Shown here one piece after another: positions 30,526 through 40,686 of a stretch of DNA of 64,000 bases. The DNA comes from Acutalibacteraceae bacterium (lineage in GTDB: Bacteria > Bacillota > Clostridia > Oscillospirales > Acutalibacteraceae). Position 1 is the stretch's first letter, and every line of letters begins with the position of its first letter. The notes beneath the pieces are model-generated. The model searched no databases. It saw only the letters and a list, made by a program, of their open reading frames with translations, and was not told where the DNA came from. Where the stretch lies: contig JAZNTG010000001.1 in assembly GCA_045591645.1 (NCBI GenBank), positions 942 to 64,941 of the forward strand, given 5' to 3'. The translations under genes and the position numbers were made by a program.

Positions 30526-31411
30526 ATTTTGCCAACGGATGAAATTTTCTGTAATCCTGCGCGTATTTATTCTTCATCAGCTGAGCGTAAATTTGTGTAG
30601 TCGATATATCAGCATGTCCCAGCATTTCTTTTATGTCCTTGATATCAGCTCCGTTTTCAAGCAGATGAGCTGCAAAGGAATGACGCAAGGTATGAGGAGT
30701 TATATCCTTGTCAATCTTCGCCATATCCGCGTAGTGCTTAACTATCTTCCAAAAACCCTGCCTTGACAGAGCCTCGCCGTTCATATTGGTGAACATTCTG
30801 TCTTCCTCAGCGTTGCTGATTATTGCAGGACGGACATTAAGTATATAGTTTGTAAGGGTTTTTATTGCTGCGGGATAGATCGGTACTATCCTGTTGTTCT
30901 TTGCAGTCTGGAGATTAAGTATTCCGATCTGGATATTAACTTCGGGAACCGTAAGCTCTATAAGCTCAGACACCTTTATACCCGTAGCATAAAGAAGCTC
31001 GAGCATAGCCCTATCTCTGACACTTTTATAGTCATTTCCCGACGGCTGTGCAAGCAGCTTCAGGACCTCTTTACCCGTTAGTATCTCAGGAAGCTTCTTC
31101 TGTGCGCTCCGAACCTTAACCTTAACGATAGGATTTGTTTTTATGTATCCTTTTGAATGTATAAAGGTAAAATAAGCTCTCAGGGATGCCGCACAACGTG
31201 TGACTGTTGACTGTGATTTTCCAAGCACCGTAAGATATTCAAAAAACTTTTCAATAATGTCAGAGTCTACAGCTTCCAGACTTCCTAACTTATTTAAAGA
31301 ACAGTATGCAGAAAACTGCCCGATATCGCGCAAATACGATTCAAGCGTGTTTTTGGATGACTTCTTTACATTTTTCAGATATGCTTCGAAATCCAAAATG
31401 TAATCCTGCAT
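30524..31411 (-). CDS. xerD: Tyrosine recombinase XerD (chromosome dimer resolution)
   Basis: Full Xer architecture with R...HTLRHSFA...LGHADISTTQIY. It lies next to spoIIM, as ripX does in Bacillus. Confidence 0.85.
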   Translation of the reverse strand: MQDYILDFEAYLKNVKKSSKNTLESYLRDIGQFSAYCSLNKLGSLEAVDSDIIEKFFEYLTVLGKSQSTVTRCAASLRAYFTFIHSKGYIKTNPIVKVKVRSAQKKLPEILTGKEVLKLLAQPSGNDYKSVRDRAMLELLYATGIKVSELIELTVPEVNIQIGILNLQTAKNNRIVPIYPAAIKTLTNYILNVRPAIISNAEEDRMFTNMNGEALSRQGFWKIVKHYADMAKIDKDITPHTLRHSFAAHLLENGADIKDIKEMLGHADISTTQIYAQLMKNKYAQDYRKFHPLAK

Positions 31412-31428
31412 TTTTACGGTCCTTCACA

Positions 31429-32052
31429 TTAAAAATTAAAATACTTTTCAAAAAGGTTAAAAAGTGCTGTGTCAAGTAATGATGAAACAATTATCGGTAT
31501 TAACATAACTATATGTTTCAGACAAAAATTACGAAAGTGCATGTATAAATTTATCGGTCGTGTATCCCTGATGCACATAATAGCAATAAGCTTTGAAAAT
31601 GCTACACATTCCCGTGCCGATAAAAGAAGCGAAAATAAAAGGATCAGAGTCGGTAAAATTAAAACAAAAAGATTGAATACGATTCCCGACAGCCCATAAG
31701 TGAAATAAACATATCCTGCAAGACATCCGTACCAGAAGGCGGTCAGAGATAATGCAAGCGGCGATATCACAAGTCCTAAAACCGATGTGCCGCACAAAAA
31801 GGAAATAAGCGGAATCTTTAAAGCCGTAATGAGCGAGCTTAAAAAGGCTTTTAAAAAGCTTTTATCAGTTCTCTCGCTTACATATTCACCGAAAATTTCA
31901 ACAGTTGCCGCATTTACTGAATCTGTACCAACAGACAGCACTCCGATCAAGATCGAAATCACTACCAGCAGCAAAAGTAGAATGAAGGTCAAATTTTCCT
32001 TTAAATAACCGAGATTAAGTCCTGTAATTCTTATAGAAGCTGTCCTATTCAT
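31429..32052 (-). CDS. spoIIM: Stage II sporulation protein M
   Basis: 207 aa multi-TM protein in the xerD-adjacent position. The family call is by resemblance and synteny. Confidence 0.6.
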   Translation of the reverse strand: MNRTASIRITGLNLGYLKENLTFILLLLLVVISILIGVLSVGTDSVNAATVEIFGEYVSERTDKSFLKAFLSSLITALKIPLISFLCGTSVLGLVISPLALSLTAFWYGCLAGYVYFTYGLSGIVFNLFVLILPTLILLFSLLLSARECVAFSKLIAIMCIRDTRPINLYMHFRNFCLKHIVMLIPIIVSSLLDTALFNLFEKYFNF

Positions 32053-32109
32053 GAATATTCCTCCGTTTTTTATATTAAATAATATGAAGGAATAATCAGG
32101 AATATTACA

Positions 32110-32913
32110 CTATCTTGTAAGCTCCTCGGCACGATTTACCGTAGCTTCGAGTGAGGATCTGAGGGACGTATCAAAGCCTGTGATGTCCATACTCTTAAGA
32201 CCTGCTTCGGTAGTGCCGTTTGGAGAGGTAACGTTTCTTATAAGTGAGTCAATATCATTATCAGACGTCTTTGCCATAAAAGCACTACCTGACATCGTAT
32301 GTAAAACAAGTGTTTTTGCGTTAGCCTCAGACATGCCGTTTTCAACTGCAAATTCAATAAGAACCTTTGCAAAGCGCATGGCATATGCAGGCGCGCTTCC
32401 GCTTATAGCTGTCACAGTATTAATTTCAGACTCTTTTACATCGACAGCTACTCCGCAGCAGGAAAAAATTCCCTTAATGTAAGCATACTGCTCATCGCTT
32501 ACGGGAGAACATTTGACAAGCGCCGAAGAGCCCTGTCCGCACATAAGAGGAGTATTGGGCATAACTCTTATAACAGATGCATCGTAGCCTAAAACCTCTT
32601 TTATATGAGCAATAGTAATGCCTGCGGCTACCGCGACAAAGCACACATCCTTGGATACGCTTCGTATCTGCCTGAGAACGGTATCATAAATCTGCGGCTT
32701 AACAGTAAGGAAAACATAATCGCAACATTTTACTAGCTCTTCAGCCGAGCCGCAAACAGCTGCGCCTTGCTGAATAAAAGCATCCAATTTAGCAGAATCA
32801 GTATCGTAAACATACAGACAATCTGATTTTATGTAACCCGATTTCAAAGAACCAAGAATAATTGCGCTGGCGATATTACCGCAGCCAATGAAGCCGATTT
32901 TCGATTTTTCCAT
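32110..32913 (-). CDS. proC: Pyrroline-5-carboxylate reductase
   Basis: GFIGCGNIASAI Rossmann motif and C-terminal SPNGTTEAG motif. Confidence 0.92.
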   Translation of the reverse strand: MEKSKIGFIGCGNIASAIILGSLKSGYIKSDCLYVYDTDSAKLDAFIQQGAAVCGSAEELVKCCDYVFLTVKPQIYDTVLRQIRSVSKDVCFVAVAAGITIAHIKEVLGYDASVIRVMPNTPLMCGQGSSALVKCSPVSDEQYAYIKGIFSCCGVAVDVKESEINTVTAISGSAPAYAMRFAKVLIEFAVENGMSEANAKTLVLHTMSGSAFMAKTSDNDIDSLIRNVTSPNGTTEAGLKSMDITGFDTSLRSSLEATVNRAEELTR

Positions 32914-33188
32914 ATAAATCCTACCTAAAATAACCTATATTTATATTTATACACCAAAAAAAATATTATGTCAACAAGAGATTTTCGATCCAATGAATAT
33001 TATGTCTACTCATTATGTTAACTACACAATATATACCCATATTCACATTATGTTAATCTATTAGTAGTGGTCAAATATCTGTTGAATTTATAAAAATTTA
33101 TGTTATAATTGTTATAGAATTTTGATTTCGTTGTAAAGCTCAACATTCTTTTTAATAATAAGTCAAAAAACATTCGGGGGAGAAACAT

Positions 33189-33923
33189 ATGAATAAAACA
33201 GTATTGATCACAGGTGCTTCAAAGGGTATCGGAGCGGCAACTGCTATCCGCTTTGCTGAAAAGGGATATAACGTAGTTATGAACTATAACAATTCAGTTC
33301 AGTCGGCGCTTATTCTTCAGAAGTCACTTAGCGAAAGCGGTTTTAAGGTTATCGCCTATCAGGCAAATGTGCGCAACAGATTAGATGTTGACTTAATGGT
33401 TAAGGAAACTATCGAGCGCTTCGGCGGTATAGATATACTCATTAATAATGCCGGCATCGCAAGTCAAGGACTGTTTACAGATATCAGTGAGATTGAGTGG
33501 AATGAAGTGATCGATATAAATCTTAACGGTACCTTTAACTGTGCTCAGGCTGTTCTCCCCCATATGATCAATAAAAAATCAGGATGTATCATTAATATCT
33601 CGTCTATGTGGGGTCAGGTCGGTGCTTCCTGCGAGGTCGCCTACTCTGCTGCAAAGGCAGGGGTTATTGGATTAACAAAGGCACTTGCGAAGGAGGTCGG
33701 TCCTAGCGGTGTCCGTGTTAATTGTATTGCCCCGGGTCTTATTGAAACCGGAATGAATCAGGAGCTTACACTCGAAGACGTAGCAGCAATAGTTGACCAA
33801 ACTCCCTTGGGACGCATCGGCACTACAAACGATATCGCAACTACTGCTTTATTCCTTGCTTCTGAGGATGCATCATATATAACAGGACAGGTCATCGGTG
33901 TAAACGGTGGATTTGTAGTATAA
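33189..33923 (+). CDS. SDR-family oxidoreductase (FabG/YmfI-like)
   Basis: TGASKGIG, NNAG and YSAAK catalytic motifs. Confidence 0.85.
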   Translation: MNKTVLITGASKGIGAATAIRFAEKGYNVVMNYNNSVQSALILQKSLSESGFKVIAYQANVRNRLDVDLMVKETIERFGGIDILINNAGIASQGLFTDISEIEWNEVIDINLNGTFNCAQAVLPHMINKKSGCIINISSMWGQVGASCEVAYSAAKAGVIGLTKALAKEVGPSGVRVNCIAPGLIETGMNQELTLEDVAAIVDQTPLGRIGTTNDIATTALFLASEDASYITGQVIGVNGGFVV

Positions 33924-33976
33924 GAATCAGTTAAGAGGCTCTAATAAGCGGCGGACAAAAGAAAAAATACAAAATG

Positions 33977-34023
33977 AAAGATATCTTGCAAAAAACATCA
34001 TTGTTGATCTGCAAGATATCTTT
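33977..34023. terminator. Bidirectional 14-bp-stem hairpin between convergent genes
   Basis: aaagatatcttgca...tgcaagatatcttt followed by tt. Confidence 0.6.
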
Positions 34024-34041
34024 TTATTTACAGCCTCTTAT

Positions 34042-35574
34042 TTATTTTACGGGAACTATAACTGCTCCCGAAACCGTATTTTTCCCCGAATCGACCGAAT
34101 TTAGTGCCGCAATATCAGCAACACTGCTCTTATACTTTTTAGCTATTGACCATATATCTGTATCGTTTTCAAGATAGCAGACAATTATTGAGCATTCGTT
34201 AGTGCACTTGGTTGCTTCACCGTTATCTGTTACAGAGGTTACAACATTATACTCTGTAACTTCGAATATTTCCAGACATACCGCCATTTCACAGCTGATC
34301 TCAATACAGCTGTCAGAGCTGATTACATAAGACATATTTGTTATATGAATTGATGCATCATATTCTTTATTCTCTGCGTCTTCAGCAGATTTATATTTAT
34401 ATTCAAAATCGATTGCGCGTTCAGAAAACTCGGGAGACCCGCTAGCATCGCATACTATCATTTTGATATAAGCTATCCCAAATACTGAAATACAATTGTC
34501 TATCTGCTTAATGCCTGTAGTCTGAACATCTGACCTTATATCCAGCACACTGCTCACAGCACCGCCTGAGAACTCAAGAGTTTTTTTAGCGATAAAGGTG
34601 TCATTAACTTGTTCTTTAGGACTTCTAATCCGCACGGCTTCGGTCAACGGTTCGATACTTTTGGTTGTTGAGTAAATATCCAAAACAACCGTGCTTTCCG
34701 ACTCACAGTATACCTCAACACATATATTCATTTTCGCGTTAACTGTCATCGTTCGTGTTTCATCGTAGCCGCTGTTTCTGCATTTCACCTCTAAAAAAAC
34801 CAGCTTTTCTTCGGTTTTGCAATTAAAATTCTCATCAATACCGTCAATGTCACAAACCTGACTATAAGGCAATTTTTGCTCAAAGTGACACGCAGTAAAG
34901 TTTTCTGCAGACAAATATGTAACACAAACAAGCAAATTGCCTTTAAGCATAACCTTGCCGTTCATTACCTTGCACTCATCAGCCAATATCTTACCGGAGT
35001 AGTTAAGTATTTTTCCTATCTGGGCATGAGACTCACTGAGAGAAATCTCTTCATCTATAATGAGACTTTTTTCGGTGAACATTATTCTGTCCTTTGACGG
35101 TAATGTAGTGCACAGCGTTTCATAACCGTCACTCGACATCGGGCACAAACACCTTTGAACGTTTGCTCGGTTAATACAGATTTTAACAACAATCGGACCC
35201 TTTAGCTCAAGCTTGCGTTCGCTCAACACTCGGAGATTTAATCTGTCCGACGTGGCATCAGCGGAGATCTGCACTCCTTGCAGATCAAAATCGCACTCAA
35301 TATTTTTTGAAAAAATGAAAGCATTTTCATAGCTGCATAGAGTATCACGGTCATCAAGATATATTACCTTCAGTCCTGAAACACCGTCAAGATTTAAAAC
35401 GCTTCCTGATATATTTTTTGATGATATAGCTGGCTCAGTTTTTACACTAAGAACCTTTTTGATAGGAGGACAATAGTCAGGCAAAACAAACTCTGTTTCT
35501 ATATGTATGTCTTTTTCGCATTTTAGTAGGCATTCTTTTGTGCAAATATTTTGAGTTTTAAAGTTACTTTCCAT
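34042..35574 (-). CDS. DUF3794 (SPOCS)-repeat protein with C-terminal LysM domain
   Basis: 510 aa, Cys-rich repeated modules, C-terminal LysM-like DIWSIAKKYKSSVADIAALN. The DUF3794-LysM association is from memory of Pfam. Confidence 0.55.
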   Translation of the reverse strand: MESNFKTQNICTKECLLKCEKDIHIETEFVLPDYCPPIKKVLSVKTEPAISSKNISGSVLNLDGVSGLKVIYLDDRDTLCSYENAFIFSKNIECDFDLQGVQISADATSDRLNLRVLSERKLELKGPIVVKICINRANVQRCLCPMSSDGYETLCTTLPSKDRIMFTEKSLIIDEEISLSESHAQIGKILNYSGKILADECKVMNGKVMLKGNLLVCVTYLSAENFTACHFEQKLPYSQVCDIDGIDENFNCKTEEKLVFLEVKCRNSGYDETRTMTVNAKMNICVEVYCESESTVVLDIYSTTKSIEPLTEAVRIRSPKEQVNDTFIAKKTLEFSGGAVSSVLDIRSDVQTTGIKQIDNCISVFGIAYIKMIVCDASGSPEFSERAIDFEYKYKSAEDAENKEYDASIHITNMSYVISSDSCIEISCEMAVCLEIFEVTEYNVVTSVTDNGEATKCTNECSIIVCYLENDTDIWSIAKKYKSSVADIAALNSVDSGKNTVSGAVIVPVK

Positions 35575-35635
35575 ATTATCTGCTCCTTTTACAATTCATT
35601 CTTTAAATGTATATTAATAATCAAGCTCAAATATG

Positions 35636-35664
35636 AAAAAAGCTGAGAAAATTTCTCAGCTTTT
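35636..35664 (-). terminator. Intrinsic terminator
   Basis: aaaagctgagaaa...tttctcagctttt. On the minus strand it is followed by TTTTTT. Confidence 0.65.
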
Positions 35665-35770
35665 GTGCGTATCTATGTATTATCCTTTTTCACTTTAAAA
35701 ATCAGTCTTAAAAAACCGCTTAATATCTTCGGACTCTTAACAAGAACAACCTTCATAACAGAAACTCCCA

Positions 35771-35926
35771 TCAACAGCATTTAGCACAGAATATGCCCAG
35801 TATAATTACAACGGCAGCAAGTATTCCGACAAGAAATTTCGCCGGTAAAAAGCACGCTAGCAGCAGTCCCGTACCGAACGCAGCGATCAGCACACCGTTT
35901 TTTAACACGTTATTTCTTTTTCTCAT
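35771..35926 (-). CDS. Small (51 aa) two-helix membrane protein, not in the ORF track
   Basis: My own translation is MRKRNNVLKNGVLIAAFGTGLLLACFLPAKFLVGILAAVVIILGIFCAKCC. There is a GAAGGCGGTG SD-like sequence upstream and a terminator about 105 nt downstream. Confidence 0.4.
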   Translation of the reverse strand: MRKRNNVLKNGVLIAAFGTGLLLACFLPAKFLVGILAAVVIILGIFCAKCC

Positions 35927-36004
35927 AAGCCACCGCCTTCATCAACCTATTACCATTATATTAGGACCTTTAAAAAATGTTACGAAAAGAACCGATAGCA
36001 TCAG

Positions 36005-36886
36005 CTATCGGTTTTTGATATTCCACGGCTTAATATCTTTTAGTTCATCAAAGATAGTTCTGTAGGAAGAAAGTCTGTCAAAATCTATGTTACCCAGCTT
36101 TACAGCTTCATCTACAGAGCAGCCTGCCTCCCCTATATGCTTGCAATCCGAAAAGCGGCACGAGCCATCATAATCTGCAAATTCAGGAAAGCAAGAAGTA
36201 AGAGCATCCTTGAACTCAATATTGTTCATATCATATTCGAATGACGAGAACCCAGGTGTATCCGCGACATATCCGTCATAGCAGTGATAAAATAACTCAC
36301 AGTGACGGGTAGTGTGTCTGCCTCTGCCAAGCTTTTCACTGACCTCACCCGTTGAAAGCTCAAGTTCAGGGAAAATTCTATTCAGAATACTTGTCTTGCC
36401 CACTCCAGAATTGCCTGTAAAAGCACTAGTGCACCCGCGCAGTTCGGCGATGATGTCAGCTATCCCAAGACCGCTGACAGCAGAACACTCAATAACGGTA
36501 TATCCGACAGACTTATATTTGCAAATATAAGAAGACAGATCTCCCATATCGCTCTTGTTAAAGACGATTACAGGCGTTATTTTTTTAAATTCACAAAGAG
36601 CTGTCATTCTGTCGATGAGCAGAAGATTAGGTATAGGAGTTACTGCAGAGGATATGATAAACAGCTTATCAATATTCGCAAGCGGCGGACGGTCAAGAAA
36701 ATTTCTACGTTCATAGATCTTTTCAACCGTTCCCTTATCACCGCTTAATGACACTTCAACCACGTCACCGACAAGCGGAGAGGTCCCGATGCTCCGAAAC
36801 CTTCCCCTTGCCTTGCATTCTATAATTCTTTCTTCGTTTTTCACATAGTAGAAGCCCGCGACAGATTTAACTATCAATCCGATCAT
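36005..36886 (-). CDS. rsgA: Ribosome small-subunit-dependent GTPase RsgA
   Basis: Circularly permuted GTPase (NKSD...GNSGVGKTS) with a C-terminal Zn cluster (CRFSDCKHIGEAGC). The start is at the first ATG (MIGLIVKS). Confidence 0.93.
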   Translation of the reverse strand: MIGLIVKSVAGFYYVKNEERIIECKARGRFRSIGTSPLVGDVVEVSLSGDKGTVEKIYERRNFLDRPPLANIDKLFIISSAVTPIPNLLLIDRMTALCEFKKITPVIVFNKSDMGDLSSYICKYKSVGYTVIECSAVSGLGIADIIAELRGCTSAFTGNSGVGKTSILNRIFPELELSTGEVSEKLGRGRHTTRHCELFYHCYDGYVADTPGFSSFEYDMNNIEFKDALTSCFPEFADYDGSCRFSDCKHIGEAGCSVDEAVKLGNIDFDRLSSYRTIFDELKDIKPWNIKNR

Positions 36887-36896
36887 AAACTTCTGC

Positions 36897-38861
36897 TCAG
36901 TCCTTTTTCGGATAATCAAATTTATCGGAATTGTTTACCACGACAAATGCTCCGCTCTCATCTGTTATCTGAATCTGCAGCACATCGAAGCCCGAGTTAA
37001 TTCCTGAGCCTGTTGAAAGTCTTACAGTGAATTTAGCATACTTCTTTTCAACCTTGACACCTGTAAAGGTATATGTGTAACCGAATTCGTTTAGATCGAT
37101 CAAACCCGAAGAGGAAGCTACAACATTTCCGTTTGCATCGAGAAGTGAAACATGTGCACTGTCAGCAGCAAAATCCTCTGGAAGCTTTACAGCAAGATCA
37201 ACAAGCAGATATCCTCTGCTAAGACCTATATTGACAGCGCTACCCTTATTGACTGTTACGGTATTAACCCTTGAAGGATCCTGTGTAACAACAAAACCAG
37301 CATCTGTAAAAGAGTTTACTTCTGTAACATCCCCGAGTGTCAGACCGTAGCGTTGTAGCTCAAGCTCTGCATCCGCTCGAGAGAGTCCAATAAGATTCGG
37401 AAGAGATACAGGAATCTCAGGCTGTCCTGAGCTAACATAGAGCGTTATCTCTGAATTCTCTGTCAGCTCTGAACCCTTGGCCGGATCTGTTCTGATAACA
37501 TTTCCTGCAGTAATATCTGTGTTAGCCTCAACCACCTCATTAACAATAAAGCCTTTGGTTTCAAGCTCCTGCTTTGCGCGTACTGCAGACATATTGTATA
37601 CATCAGGGACGAAAACTGTCTTCTCTCCCAGACTTACATAAAGAGTTAACTTTCCACCCTTTTTGATGTCCTTTCCAGCCACAGGATCCTGCTTGAAAAT
37701 TTCACCAGGCTCGTATTTATCAGAATTTTCATACTTGAAAACTATCTCATAGAGATCGTTATATTCTGCGTTAGTCTGAACCTCTGTATACTGCAGACCG
37801 ACAAGATCGTGAACACTGAACTCTTCACTGTCGCCGAGGAAGAACTCACGGTATAAGAATATACCAAGGATGATTATTGCGATGACAAAGGTAACCGAGA
37901 TACCTGCAAGTATTGGTATTATGGGGGATTTCTCAGTTTCCTCTTTCTTATTAGCTTCATGTTCATTTTCCGAAATAGGAATAAACTTTGTCGGTGAATC
38001 ATCAATAAAATAGTCGTAATCAAAGGTTACAGCGGGATTCTTTTTAAATTCCTCAAGATCACACAGCATCTCAGCTGCAGACTTATAGCGCTTAGCGGCA
38101 TCCTTCTGCATAGCGTGCATAGTGACCTGCTCAAGCCCTAGAGGAATGGAACCGTTTATATCACGCGGCAGCTTGGGATCCTTCTGCAGCTGCATAATGG
38201 CTACAGAAACAGCACTTTCCGCTTGAAAAGGAAGCTGTCCTGTGATCATTTCATAAAGCATAACCCCGACCGAGTAGATATCTGCCTTGTCGTCGGTATT
38301 TTCACCTCTCGCCTGTTCAGGACTGATATAGTGCACAGAGCCTATTGCCTTATCGGTAATAGTTCTCTGCTCGCTTCTTGCGAAACGCGCTATACCGAAA
38401 TCGGTAACCTTGATTGTGCCGTCCGAAAGCACCATAATATTGTGAGGCTTAACATCTCTGTGAACAACACCCTTATCGTGTGCGTGCTGCAGACCGCGCA
38501 GGATCTGCAGTGTAAAACGAACAGCATCGTTCCAAGAAAGCGGCCCCTGACGGTCTATATATTCCTTAAGAGTAATTCCGTCAATGTATTCCATAACTAT
38601 ATACTGTATAAGGTCACCAAAGCTTACATCAAACACCTTGACGATATTGGGATGAGACAGAACCGCAATTGCCTTAGACTCATTCTTGAACCTGCGCAAA
38701 AACTCATCATTGCCTGTAAATTCATCCTTTAATATTTTGATGGCAACGATCTTATCATCAACATTGTCATAAGCCTTATAAACAACAGCCATGCCACCTA
38801 CACCGATGATCTCGCTGATCTCGTATCTGCCGTCAAGTCTCTTTCCAACATATTTATCCAT
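36897..38861 (-). CDS. prkC: Ser/Thr protein kinase PrkC with PASTA repeats
   Basis: Hanks kinase motifs (HRDVKPHN, DFG), one TM helix, and three PASTA-like repeats. Confidence 0.95.
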   Translation of the reverse strand: MDKYVGKRLDGRYEISEIIGVGGMAVVYKAYDNVDDKIVAIKILKDEFTGNDEFLRRFKNESKAIAVLSHPNIVKVFDVSFGDLIQYIVMEYIDGITLKEYIDRQGPLSWNDAVRFTLQILRGLQHAHDKGVVHRDVKPHNIMVLSDGTIKVTDFGIARFARSEQRTITDKAIGSVHYISPEQARGENTDDKADIYSVGVMLYEMITGQLPFQAESAVSVAIMQLQKDPKLPRDINGSIPLGLEQVTMHAMQKDAAKRYKSAAEMLCDLEEFKKNPAVTFDYDYFIDDSPTKFIPISENEHEANKKEETEKSPIIPILAGISVTFVIAIIILGIFLYREFFLGDSEEFSVHDLVGLQYTEVQTNAEYNDLYEIVFKYENSDKYEPGEIFKQDPVAGKDIKKGGKLTLYVSLGEKTVFVPDVYNMSAVRAKQELETKGFIVNEVVEANTDITAGNVIRTDPAKGSELTENSEITLYVSSGQPEIPVSLPNLIGLSRADAELELQRYGLTLGDVTEVNSFTDAGFVVTQDPSRVNTVTVNKGSAVNIGLSRGYLLVDLAVKLPEDFAADSAHVSLLDANGNVVASSSGLIDLNEFGYTYTFTGVKVEKKYAKFTVRLSTGSGINSGFDVLQIQITDESGAFVVVNNSDKFDYPKKD

Positions 38862-38903
38862 AACAAACCTTCCAATCTTTATGTCAAAATTTACGGTAGG
38901 ATA

Positions 38904-39629
38904 TTAATAAATTAAAACAACAGTAATGTTATCTCCGCCGCCTGCATCATTTGCGAGATCAACAAGCGTTTGTGCTGACTGCTCCTGAGGTACGGTCTTC
39001 AACACTTCGTATATTTTTTCCTCACTGACATAGTTTGTAAGTCCGTCGGTACATATTAGCAGTATATTGTTTTCAGGTTTAATAGCTATATTATAGTCAC
39101 CGAAAACAGAGCTTTCTGCACCGACAGCTCTAGTTATTATATTCTTTTTTGGATGTAATCTTGCCTCATCTTCACTGATCTCTCCGCTGTCGATCATATT
39201 CTGAACGACCGAATGGTCTACAGTAAGCCTTACAAGCTGTTCATTTGTCACAAGGTAGGCTCGGCTGTCACCCACGTGAACAATATGGGCGAGATTGTCG
39301 CAGACAAGAGCGGCAACTACCGTTGTTCCCATTCCGAAGTAGCTCTCATTCTCCTTTGATTTTTCATAGATTTCAACATTTGCGGAATCAACAGCAGCAC
39401 GGAGCATATTCTCAATAGAATTGCTGTTCATTTTTGGGGAATATGAATTAACTATATATTCAGATACTATTTTTGCGGCACACTCACTGGCAACATGTCC
39501 TCCGTTAGCACCGCCCATACCGTCACACACGACTGCAAAAGCAGCTCCGTTATCGAATTCACCCGCTACAAAAGCATCCTGATTGTCCGAACGCTTTAAG
39601 CCAACATCAGATTTACTGAATATTTTCAA
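38904..39629 (-). CDS. stp: PP2C-family Ser/Thr phosphatase Stp/PrpC
   Basis: RSDNQDAF, DGMGG and GGDNITV motifs. The start is at a TTG with AAGGAGGGG 6 nt upstream. Confidence 0.9.
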   Translation of the reverse strand: MKIFSKSDVGLKRSDNQDAFVAGEFDNGAAFAVVCDGMGGANGGHVASECAAKIVSEYIVNSYSPKMNSNSIENMLRAAVDSANVEIYEKSKENESYFGMGTTVVAALVCDNLAHIVHVGDSRAYLVTNEQLVRLTVDHSVVQNMIDSGEISEDEARLHPKKNIITRAVGAESSVFGDYNIAIKPENNILLICTDGLTNYVSEEKIYEVLKTVPQEQSAQTLVDLANDAGGGDNITVVLIY

Positions 39630-40671
39630 CAGTATCCCCTCCTTCTTTTTCATATTTACGGCGAAGCTGACCGCATGATGCATTAATATCACTGCCGAGA
39701 GTTCTTCTGACCGTTGTGTTTATACCTAAGCCGTTAAGCTTGTCGCAAAAGTGCTGTAAAGCTTTTCGGTCGGATTTTTCATAAGTATTTTCCTTTATCG
39801 GGTTTACGGGAATGAGATTTACATGACACATAATACCTCGTAGTATTCTGGCAAGCTCATTTGCGCAAGCATTGCTATCATTTACACCCTTGATCATTGC
39901 GTACTCAAAAGAAATTCTTCTGCCTGTTACCTTCTGATATGCTTTACACGCTTCGATCAGCTCAGCAATATTCCATTTTTTATTGACCTTCATCATTTTA
40001 CTTCTGATATCGTCAAACGGCGCGTGAAGCGAAATTGAAAGCGTAATTGGTAGGTTTTCTTCACTTAATTTATATATACCCGTTACAAGACCTGAAGTTG
40101 ATAAGGATATATGACGAAGTCCGATATTTATACCGTTGTCATCAGAGATAAGCCTTAAGAACTTAACAACATTATCATAATTATCAAGCGGCTCACCCAT
40201 ACCCATAAGCACGATATTTGATATTCTGATATTATTATCGGTATTGGCTTTCATAACCTGCGCCAGCATTTCAGACGGAAGCAAATTTCTGTAAAGACCG
40301 TTTATACCCGAAGCGCAGAAGCTGCAGCCCATTCGGCAACCGACCTGAGTTGATATGCAAACTGTATAGCCGTGCTCATATTTCATTACGACCGACTCAA
40401 TATATTCACCGTCATAAAGGCGATAAAGATATTTTACCGTACCATCAAGCTGGGATACCAGCTTCTTTTCTATCGTAACATCGGGTATAAAATAATTCTC
40501 TTTCAGAATTTCCCGTGTTGCTTTAGAAAGATTAGTCATATGGTCGAAGTCAAGCGTACCGCTGCTCAGCCACTTATACACCTGTGCAGCGCGAAACTTC
40601 TTTTCACCTATCAGAGCAAACTCTGCTTCAAGCTCAGGCAAACTCATTGAGCGAATATCTTTTTTGGGCAA
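39613..40671 (-). CDS. rlmN: 23S rRNA/tRNA (adenine-C2)-methyltransferase RlmN
   Basis: Radical SAM CRMGCSFC motif and a C-terminal conserved Cys (DINASCGQL). Confidence 0.95.
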   Translation of the reverse strand: MPKKDIRSMSLPELEAEFALIGEKKFRAAQVYKWLSSGTLDFDHMTNLSKATREILKENYFIPDVTIEKKLVSQLDGTVKYLYRLYDGEYIESVVMKYEHGYTVCISTQVGCRMGCSFCASGINGLYRNLLPSEMLAQVMKANTDNNIRISNIVLMGMGEPLDNYDNVVKFLRLISDDNGINIGLRHISLSTSGLVTGIYKLSEENLPITLSISLHAPFDDIRSKMMKVNKKWNIAELIEACKAYQKVTGRRISFEYAMIKGVNDSNACANELARILRGIMCHVNLIPVNPIKENTYEKSDRKALQHFCDKLNGLGINTTVRRTLGSDINASCGQLRRKYEKEGGDTVENIQ

Positions 40672-40686
40672 TAACTCATCTCCAAA

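Noticed and set aside
30524-31411. Tyrosine recombinase as evidence for a mobile element
   Set aside because: It has the full XerD-type architecture and lies in conserved synteny with spoIIM. There are no flanking repeats or cargo genes, so it is interpreted as the chromosomal dimer-resolution recombinase.
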